A DNA stretch of 31,819 nucleotides from Rhodospirillales bacterium (GTDB lineage Bacteria > Pseudomonadota > Alphaproteobacteria > UBA828), in assembly GCA_026712885.1 (NCBI GenBank), contig JAPOPO010000196.1, positions 1 to 31,819 of the forward strand, written 5' to 3'. Position 1 is the stretch's first letter; each line of letters starts with the position of its first letter. The notes beneath the pieces were generated by a model. It saw nothing but the letters and a program-made list of their open reading frames with translations. It did no database searches and had not been told where the DNA came from. Position numbers and translations under genes: made by a program. Of this stretch, positions 18,331-24,775 are shown one piece after another.

Positions 18331-18569
18331 CCGCGGCACCCGGCGTAGACGGCGATCGCCTCGCGCTGCGCGGTCGCCAGGGTGCGGTGGTTGCTCAGCA
18401 GATCTTTCCCCCTGCACAGCGACCAGCGATGGTGGGCGAACCGTTCGATGCGCCATTCCCAGACGCCCTGCGTCTGGCGGCCGGCCACGTATGTGCCGCG
18501 CGACAGGCGCGTCCAGTTCAGCGGCACGCCGTCCAGTATCGATGCGCAATGCGGGCAGCGCAGGCTCAC
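18327..18569 (-). CDS. Hypothetical 80-aa protein with N-terminal CPHC
   Basis: 4-nt overlaps; Trp-rich beta-like body. Confidence 0.6.
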   Translation of the reverse strand: MSLRCPHCASILDGVPLNWTRLSRGTYVAGRQTQGVWEWRIERFAHHRWSLCRGKDLLSNHRTLATAQREAIAVYAGCRG

Positions 18570-18814
18570 GGCGACTCCGCCACAAAGCGCTCCGCCATGT
18601 AGACGCGCAGCGCCCGCTCAAGGTCCGGGACCTCCGCTCGCCAGCGCCCGTCGGGACCGAGCACCTCGAAGCCGCCCTCGAAATCCCCGCGCACCCGGTA
18701 CGTAACGCCGGCGAGGGATACCCCCGTCGCGTTCAGGGTCGCCGTCCCCTCGACGGGCCCGAACAGCGGGTCGACGATGTCCTGGCCGGTCATCCCGACA
18801 ACCTTCAGTTTCAT
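18566..18814 (-). CDS. Hypothetical 82-aa protein
   Basis: ATGA overlap with the first early gene. Confidence 0.65.
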   Translation of the reverse strand: MKLKVVGMTGQDIVDPLFGPVEGTATLNATGVSLAGVTYRVRGDFEGGFEVLGPDGRWRAEVPDLERALRVYMAERFVAESP

Positions 18815-19383
18815 GCAGTCCCTCCCAACGCATTTCCGACGCGGCCCATCACCGCGCCGAGCGCGGCGGCCTGGCGGGCGAAGCGGGCGTCGCCCGCGGC
18901 GATCAGCCCGTCGTAGGCGACGCGCCGCGACGAGCCGCGCTCCGGCGCCGCGAAATCGCCGCGACCGTGACCGTCCGCCCAGTGCAGGATCACCTGGCGG
19001 ACGTCGCCGGGACGCACGCCGTGGAAATCGGCGAAGGCGGGGATGTCGGCGATGCGCCCGCCATCGTCGAGGCGGTGCGCGATCCGGCGCGCCTCGTCCG
19101 CCGCCGCCTGGCGCTCCGCCGCCGCGAGCGCCGCCGGGGAATCCGGGGCGGGGGAGGGGCGGGGGATGTCGTGGGGCCAGGGGAGATCGTCGGGCCAGAG
19201 GCCGGAGAGCCTTCGCATCACCGTCTCAGCGCGTGAGATCGTGAGGCCGGAGCCGGACCGCAATCGCGAGTAGAAGTTACCTGCGCCGCTCACTGACTTG
19301 CCCACCGTCGCGGGCGCAAGTCCACTGTGATCGGCGAGCACCTTGATGAGCTGGCAGATCGATGAGATGGCGTTGGGAAACAT
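18811..19383 (-). CDS. Cro/Ner-like early regulator with extra C-terminal domain
   Basis: LADHSGLAPATVGKSVSGAGNFYSRLRSGSGLTISRAE.V...LSGLWPDDLPWPHDIPRP; first gene of early operon, divergent from repressor. Start chosen at ATG 19383, 7 nt after a -10 box. Confidence 0.65.
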   Translation of the reverse strand: MFPNAISSICQLIKVLADHSGLAPATVGKSVSGAGNFYSRLRSGSGLTISRAETVMRRLSGLWPDDLPWPHDIPRPSPAPDSPAALAAAERQAAADEARRIAHRLDDGGRIADIPAFADFHGVRPGDVRQVILHWADGHGRGDFAAPERGSSRRVAYDGLIAAGDARFARQAAALGAVMGRVGNALGGTA

Positions 19384-19390
19384 GTGTCCC

Positions 19391-19419
19391 AGTATAAGGT
19401 TATATATATCCCCTCGCAA
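19391..19419 (-). promoter_or_regulatory. Early promoter (sigma70-type)
   Basis: On the minus strand: TTGCGA (19419-19414), 17 nt, TATACT (19396-19391), 7 nt, ATG (19383). Confidence 0.8.
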
Positions 19420-19440
19420 TAGATTTGTCCCACACTCGCG

Positions 19441-19465
19441 AGTCAGGGATAGTAATATCCCGACT
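19441..19465. promoter_or_regulatory. Operator-like inverted repeat over the repressor promoter/start
   Basis: AGTC(A)GGGATA-GTAA-TATCCCGACT; contains TAATAT 7 nt before the repressor ATG. Confidence 0.6.
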
Positions 19466-19870
19466 ATGGTTGTATCGAGCACTCTTCGACGCGCACTCGC
19501 AGATCACACTGCGGCCACATCTGTTCGGGCCGTGGCCGCTGCGTCGGGGGTGCCGAGACATCGCATCCGTAATGTATTGGCAGGCCGTCAGCCAGGGATA
19601 GATACCGCCGCCGAGATATGCGACGCCCTGGGTATCACCCTCACCCTCGGTCCGCGTCGCGATTCCTCCCGCGTCACGCCGTTGCGTCCTATTGATTCTC
19701 TTGCAAAACAGGGGCTTGCGCCGGTTGCCGATCGGGAGTTGGCGGAGTTGCTGGCGGCGATCTGTCGGCGTTGGGAGTCGTTGCCGCCGTCGGAGCGGGC
19801 GTACCTGGCCGCGGACATCTGGGCGGCCGGCGGGGCCGGGCTCAGCGCTCAGCGCTCAGGCAGGTCGTAG
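19466..19870 (+). CDS. Prophage repressor (XRE HTH); C-terminus possibly frameshifted
   Basis: SVRAVAAASGVPRHRIRNVLAGRQPGIDTAAEICDALGI HTH; divergent from early operon across an AT-rich gap. Confidence 0.8.
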   Translation: MVVSSTLRRALADHTAATSVRAVAAASGVPRHRIRNVLAGRQPGIDTAAEICDALGITLTLGPRRDSSRVTPLRPIDSLAKQGLAPVADRELAELLAAICRRWESLPPSERAYLAADIWAAGGAGLSAQRSGRS

Positions 19871-19945
19871 CGTGGCTCGGGTGGCGCGTGGTGGACGGCG
19901 GGGCGGCGCCGGAGGTCGATCCGTAGGGGGGTCCGGCGGGGGGCT

Positions 19946-19981
19946 GCCGCTGTTACTTAGCTCGCTCTAAGTAACAGCGGC
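19946..19981. repeat. Perfect 15-bp inverted repeat (hairpin or palindromic binding site)
   Basis: GCCGCTGTTACTTAG-ctcgct-CTAAGTAACAGCGGC. Confidence 0.9.
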
Positions 19982-20051
19982 GGCTCAATGCCGGGGACCG
20001 ATTCGAGGTGCGGCAAGGGCCAAATCCAGCGGGAGAAAGGAGGTGATGCCC

Positions 20052-20105
20052 ATGACGAGAATCCCCCACGTCGGAGATGCTATTCGTAGCAAGTCGGTGA
20101 TGTAA
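20052..20105 (+). CDS. Putative 17-aa peptide MTRIPHVGDAIRSKSVM
   Basis: Preceded by AAGGAGGTGAT (20037-20047); followed by a hairpin. Confidence 0.35.
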   Translation: MTRIPHVGDAIRSKSVM

Positions 20106-20107
20106 GG

Positions 20108-20135
20108 GGGCCCGCCTGAATCTTCGGGCGGGCCC
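20108..20135. terminator. GC-rich hairpin between convergent units, possible terminator
   Basis: GGGCCCGCCTGAA-TC-TTCGGGCGGGCCC (one G-U pair); no clear U-tract. Confidence 0.5.
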
Positions 20136-20187
20136 GTAACTCAACTTATAACGTCCCGTTGGCCCTTGCCGCCCGCTCAGTCTAGCA

Positions 20188-20532
20188 TCACCTCGGCCGC
20201 TGCGAAGTCCTGATCTCCACCTCGGTCCGCCACACCGCGACGTCGGGCGGTACCGCTCCGAGTGAGCGGATTTCGGCGGCCAGGTATTCGCAGTGATCGT
20301 GAATGACGGTGCTGTCGGCGGGCACACCCCTAGAGCTGTTGCGCTCTGCCGGCGCCATCGTGCAGCCCCACATGACGTATTCCGGAATGATGAAATGATC
20401 GGCCAGCCACAACCGGTCGGTTGCCGTTTCGCGGTTGTGGGCCGCGATCATCCCGCCTATCACGGGTGTGCGCTCCATCGTTGTGCATGACGTCAGGCAC
20501 AACAACGCGAACAGCGCGGCCACGGGCCTCAT
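20188..20532 (-). CDS. Lipoprotein of unknown function
   Basis: MRPVAALFALLCLTSC signal with lipobox-like LTSC; ATGA overlap with upstream gene. Confidence 0.7.
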   Translation of the reverse strand: MRPVAALFALLCLTSCTTMERTPVIGGMIAAHNRETATDRLWLADHFIIPEYVMWGCTMAPAERNSSRGVPADSTVIHDHCEYLAAEIRSLGAVPPDVAVWRTEVEIRTSQRPR

Positions 20533-21365
20533 TCGCCCGCCGCCTCGGGTTCGGATTCAGCCTCGGCCTCGGCCTTCGCCTCGGCGGCCAGCCTCGTGCG
20601 TCGTTCCCAGGCCCACTCGTAGGCGTGGAGTTTCGTCAGGCCCTTGAGCACGGCGGCGACCTGGGCGCTGATCTGGCGGTAGTCGGTGGCGCGGTCGGTT
20701 TGCCAGACGGCGATCACCGTATCCACGGCGTTCTTGACCAACAAGTGAATGTGCGCCTCGTGCGGGCGCTGCTCCAGCCAGCCGATGTGCCGCGTTCTGG
20801 CTGTGGCCAGAGCCGCATCGATCACGGCATCGCGGAACTGCGCAAGCGCGGAGTGCGCGGCGACCACGCGAGCGCGCACGGTGGCGTTCGTGGCCTCGTT
20901 GACCTTGACCTGGGCGGCGTCGATGGCGGAAGCGAATCGACCGACGATGGCCGCCCTGAGCGCATCCTCTTCGTCGAGCATCGCGTCCTCATCGGACGGC
21001 GGCAGGAACAGCCATGCCGTGCCAGCGGCGTTGCGCTCTGCTTTCATAGCGCCCTCGACGTCGGATGGCAGAATGCGAGAGTCAACGGGGTACTTGATTT
21101 CCATCGACTGCTCGTGGGGTTGCTCGCCGTCGTCAGGTGCGGACCACGAGAAATACGCGTACCTTCCATCGGCCAGGTCGGCGGTGTGCCGCACTTGACA
21201 GTGGATAACCTCGAAGCGATGCCCGTTGAACGCTGCGACCTGCATTCGGTCGCCCTGCGCGGTGCCGGGCAGGGCGAGCAACGCTGCTGCTTGCTCCGTC
21301 GTGGTTCCGGCTGGCACTTCGGCCTTGCCGCCATAATCTACGATGAACGTTGTTTTCGGGTTCAT
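20529..21365 (-). CDS. Hypothetical 278-aa protein (possible fibre chaperone/accessory)
   Basis: Long ORF with normal composition directly after the fibre-like gene; lower GC. Confidence 0.7.
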   Translation of the reverse strand: MNPKTTFIVDYGGKAEVPAGTTTEQAAALLALPGTAQGDRMQVAAFNGHRFEVIHCQVRHTADLADGRYAYFSWSAPDDGEQPHEQSMEIKYPVDSRILPSDVEGAMKAERNAAGTAWLFLPPSDEDAMLDEEDALRAAIVGRFASAIDAAQVKVNEATNATVRARVVAAHSALAQFRDAVIDAALATARTRHIGWLEQRPHEAHIHLLVKNAVDTVIAVWQTDRATDYRQISAQVAAVLKGLTKLHAYEWAWERRTRLAAEAKAEAEAESEPEAAGE

Positions 21366-21371
21366 GTCTGT

Positions 21372-23198
21372 CTACCTTGCGTTGATCTGAGTGAGCGACC
21401 ATGTACCGGCGTCATTTCCGCCGACCTTGTAGACGGAAGCGATGAGCTGAGTGCCAGCGTCGTTCAGTCGAAGCGTGACGCCCGCTCTGTTGGGGATGTT
21501 TTTTGGTGTGTTGGTCAGGATCGGGAATCGCCTGTCTACGGCGCTCATCATCACACGAGAAATCCGCTTTCCGAACTGCTCTGCCGCCACATCGTTCTCA
21601 GTGATCCAGACCTCGAACTCGTCGTCCGTGGCCCTGATTGCGTAGGGACTGGCGCCGGCGAGTGCGCGCCATTTGCCGATCCCCGTGACGGGCAACACGA
21701 TCTGGATTGTTTCCAGCAGAGTGCCCGAGCTGTCTTCTATCCGCAGCGATGGGTTTCCGCCAGCCAGTCCGTCGGCCGCATTCTGCACGAGAGTGCGGGA
21801 CTGTACCGCTGTAAACGCGAGAGAGGCAACCGCTTCGTCGGTCGCGTTGACGTACCCTCCGTTTCGCCCGCTTACGTTGAGACGCATCCGCGTGCCGGCC
21901 GGCCACGTGCCATCCACTCGATGCAGGACGACTCTCAAGGTAAACCGGCCCTGGTCATGTGGAATCGTTGGCGGGACAACGGAGATGCTGCCGGGCCATC
22001 GAGCCGCCGTATTGGCGTCCGCGGCGGCCTGAGCCGTTGCCGCGGCGGCCCGCGCCGGCGCGTCGGCTCCGCCTCCGCTGCCTTCCGCGAGTGCGACAAG
22101 GTCGGCTGTAATTTCAGCCTGCTGAACGTCGCTCGCATTGAGCAGACGGACAATAACTGTCTCGACGGCGTTGTCGGCAAGCCCGTCCAGCGCAGTCGCC
22201 ATGGCCGTCGTGACCAGCACCTGAATAGGGATCGAAGTCGAGTGCTGATTGACCACTACCGCAATGGTCTGCGTGACTCCGCCAATGGTCACTGACGCCT
22301 TCGTTACATCGGTATATAGGCCCGGAGCAACAAAGAGATTCAGTTCGAACTTATCGGGGAGAGCGCCCTTGTTGATCTGCGCCGGAGAGACGACGAGCGC
22401 GTGTGGAGTGCCCGGCTCTACCGGCTGTCGCAGGATGTTGCCGACGCGCGTCCAGACCGCGGTGCGGAACATCAGCGCCATGATGATGTCGCCCGCCTCG
22501 GCTGAGGTAAGCGCCGTCTCCGGATCGGAAATGTCCACGAACGAAATGCCGGCGGCCACGTCCGCGCGGAGAATGATGACGTCGCTGCCCAGGTTTGCTT
22601 CGTCAATCCGGGGCAGCGTCGCGGCAACCGAGATGTGCGCCGACCGGAACGCCGCGCGGAACGCCTTGCGCTTGGCCGCGTCGGAGACATCCATTTTGGC
22701 GGCCGACAGACTGCCGTCCGCGATTTCGCCCGGCGCCGCGGCGGCCGCCGTATCGGTCACCTTGACCCACGTCGCCGCGCCCGCGAATTGCATTGTCACG
22801 GCGGTACCGGGCGGAATCTCCAGCGTCCGCCCGGCGCCCTCTATCCGGTCGGTGATGCCCACGTCGAACGTGAGCGCCGCCGTCGCGGAGTTCAGGAGCC
22901 GCACCCAGAATCCCCCGCCGACAGAGCCGGACTTGGTGAACGTGCGGGGCGTCGCGCCGGTCAGCCGGATGGTATTGCCGCGATCGGCGAGGGTGATGTT
23001 GCGGTCAGCGGCCGTCGAAACAATGGCCGCGCGGCGTCGGTAGCCGCTCAGCGCGTCGCCGATCTGCGTAGCCACCTCATCGGCGTCGACATCGTCGGCC
23101 TCCGCGGCGTTGATGAGCGCCTGCACCTGCGCCGCATTCAGGCCGGAGCCCGGAGTCGCCGGGGCGCCGCCTCCAGATCCTGGAAGGTAGAACGGCAC
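21372..23198 (-). CDS. 608-aa putative fibre/adhesin-like virion protein
   Basis: Gly/Ala/Thr/Val-rich beta-type modules, ITLADRGNTIRLTG...GFWVRLLN fibre-like domain; lies in operon with gpW. Confidence 0.65.
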   Translation of the reverse strand: MPFYLPGSGGGAPATPGSGLNAAQVQALINAAEADDVDADEVATQIGDALSGYRRRAAIVSTAADRNITLADRGNTIRLTGATPRTFTKSGSVGGGFWVRLLNSATAALTFDVGITDRIEGAGRTLEIPPGTAVTMQFAGAATWVKVTDTAAAAAPGEIADGSLSAAKMDVSDAAKRKAFRAAFRSAHISVAATLPRIDEANLGSDVIILRADVAAGISFVDISDPETALTSAEAGDIIMALMFRTAVWTRVGNILRQPVEPGTPHALVVSPAQINKGALPDKFELNLFVAPGLYTDVTKASVTIGGVTQTIAVVVNQHSTSIPIQVLVTTAMATALDGLADNAVETVIVRLLNASDVQQAEITADLVALAEGSGGGADAPARAAAATAQAAADANTAARWPGSISVVPPTIPHDQGRFTLRVVLHRVDGTWPAGTRMRLNVSGRNGGYVNATDEAVASLAFTAVQSRTLVQNAADGLAGGNPSLRIEDSSGTLLETIQIVLPVTGIGKWRALAGASPYAIRATDDEFEVWITENDVAAEQFGKRISRVMMSAVDRRFPILTNTPKNIPNRAGVTLRLNDAGTQLIASVYKVGGNDAGTWSLTQINAR

Positions 23199-23202
23199 GG
23201 GG

Positions 23203-23529
23203 TTACGCCAGGGCGGCGAGGTGGGCGATCGCCTCGGCGCCGACGGCGGTGAGGCGCACGGCGGTGATCGCGGCCGGCAGCTCCGCGCCGCTGTCTCCGG
23301 CCAGCGCGGTGGAGGCGCCGATCTGGACGTCGATCCAGGAGGCGTTTCCGGCCTCCACGTCGGCGATGCTGCGGCACGAGGTCGACAGCACGGCGCTGCC
23401 CCCGGCGCCGGGGTGCACCTGCACGGCGATGGAGGAGGCGGCGATGTCCAGCACGACGATGTCGCTCTCTCCGGCGGCGGCGGTCAGCTCGGCATAGAAT
23501 CTGTGGCGGTCGCCGTCTGTAATGGCCAT
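23203..23529 (-). CDS. Hypothetical 108-aa beta-sandwich-like protein
   Basis: Clean ORF between W and the fibre-like gene; SIAVQVHPGAGGSA...NASWID...ITAVRLTA. Confidence 0.7.
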   Translation of the reverse strand: MAITDGDRHRFYAELTAAAGESDIVVLDIAASSIAVQVHPGAGGSAVLSTSCRSIADVEAGNASWIDVQIGASTALAGDSGAELPAAITAVRLTAVGAEAIAHLAALA

Positions 23530-23550
23530 TGCGATGTCCTGTCGGGCCGG

Positions 23551-23901
23551 CTATCCGGCGTTCGGGCTGACGACGATCTCGTCGACGCGCACGGCGTCGC
23601 CGGTCTCTGGATCCACCGCGTCGATGTCCATGACGGCTCGGCCCGGCGCCACCTCCCGCAGGCTCACCGCGGTGACGCGCACGCGCGGTTCCCATCGGTC
23701 CAGGGCCTCGGCGGTGGACGCCCGCAGCCGCCCGTGCAAGCCCCTGTCCATGGGTCCGTCGAGCAGCTCGGGCAGGTCCGATCCGTAGTCCGGGCGCATG
23801 ATGCGGGTGCCCTTGGGCGTGAGCAGGATGTCGGCGATGGACTGGCGCAGGTGCTCGGCGCCGCCGAGCGGGGCGCCGGTCGCGGCGTCCATGCCGTTCA
23901 C
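23551..23901 (-). CDS. Baseplate wedge protein gpW/gp25
   Basis: GMDAATG..L...EHLRQSIADILLTPKGTRIMRPDYGS.LPELLD.P...AEALDRWEPRVRV. Confidence 0.95.
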   Translation of the reverse strand: MNGMDAATGAPLGGAEHLRQSIADILLTPKGTRIMRPDYGSDLPELLDGPMDRGLHGRLRASTAEALDRWEPRVRVTAVSLREVAPGRAVMDIDAVDPETGDAVRVDEIVVSPNAG

Positions 23902-24719
23902 CGGGAGTACTCCCCGTCGCCCAACCAGGCGGCGATGCGCTCGGCCTGGCGCCGGCGGCCCGGGTACTTCGGGTCGGTGGCGAACGTCGAGTCCATGACT
24001 TCGGCCGCCGCGCTGTCCCAGTCGCCGGCGCGGATCGCCTCCAGCGTCGCGTCGAACCCCGCGCAGGCGGCGCTGAAGCACAGCAGGTACACCGCGTCGC
24101 GGCGGGCGGGCTCGATGGCATCCAGGCGGGCGCGCCCGAGCAGCCGCGCGGCTTCGACTTCGGCCCGTGCGCGGTCCTGGAGCGCCAGGGCATACACCCC
24201 GTCGCGGTCCAGGAGGTGGCCGCAGCCGATATGCCAACCCGTGCCGTCGTCGTAGGGGGTGAGGTTCTCGCCCTCCTGATCGCAGATGGCCGCCATCAAC
24301 GGATCGGCGGCCGGCGGGTCCCCGGCCGGCCGATCCTTTATGCCTTGACGGGGGTTCCCATCGGACCCGGACCCCTCCAACTCGGTATCCTGGGTGGCCG
24401 TGCCCGGCGGGTGCACGGTGACATGGATGTTGACGTCGCGGCCGGCCTCGACGCCGGCGACGTATTCGGCGTCGGCCGTGTAGCTGTCGGTGGAGCTGTC
24501 GGTGGAGCTGTCGGCGGCGCCGCCGCCCAGGCCCGCGGCGTCGGCCGCCCCGCGCAGGGCCCCGAGCTGTGCGCAGCCGCTGAGCGCGGCCAGCGCGAGC
24601 AGCGGTATCGAATTCCGGAGACTCCGGAGCTGAATCGGCTGCCGGGAGGTATCGATTTTAGGCGCCGGCGCCGGGCCGGGCCCGCGAGATCGGTATCTGT
24701 TCGCTGTATCGGGCGGCAT
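23898..24719 (-). CDS. Lipoprotein-signal-bearing T4-type (GH24-like) lysozyme/endolysin
   Basis: LLALAALSG-C lipobox (Cys codon 24573-24575), long linker, then DQEGENLTPYDDGTGWHIGCGHLL and AIRAGDWDSAAAEVMDS. Start uncertain. Confidence 0.8.
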   Translation of the reverse strand: MPPDTANRYRSRGPGPAPAPKIDTSRQPIQLRSLRNSIPLLALAALSGCAQLGALRGAADAAGLGGGAADSSTDSSTDSYTADAEYVAGVEAGRDVNIHVTVHPPGTATQDTELEGSGSDGNPRQGIKDRPAGDPPAADPLMAAICDQEGENLTPYDDGTGWHIGCGHLLDRDGVYALALQDRARAEVEAARLLGRARLDAIEPARRDAVYLLCFSAACAGFDATLEAIRAGDWDSAAAEVMDSTFATDPKYPGRRRQAERIAAWLGDGEYSR

Positions 24720-24763
24720 ATTGTGGTGGCGATCCCGGCGACGGGTGAGGCCAGGCGGTATCG
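24604..24763 (+). repeat. 160-bp direct repeat, copy 2 (overlaps 5' end of the lysozyme gene)
   Basis: See copy 1; GGTATC at 24604, 24648, 24692 and 24757. Confidence 0.95.
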
Positions 24764-24775
24764 ACCGCCCGGAAA

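Noticed and set aside
19950-19979. LexA box in the CTGT...ACAG palindrome
   Set aside because: Spacing is 22 nt rather than the 8 nt of the gammaproteobacterial CTGT-N8-ACAG box.
21372-23198. Diversity-generating retroelement or Gin-type invertible fibre segment
   Set aside because: No reverse transcriptase, no adenine-mismatched template/variable repeat pair, no invertase and no flanking inverted repeats were found in the window.
7918-24763. 160-bp repeats as attL/attR of a nested integrative element
   Set aside because: No tyrosine or serine recombinase in the interval, identity is only about 87%, and both sides are parts of the same phage.
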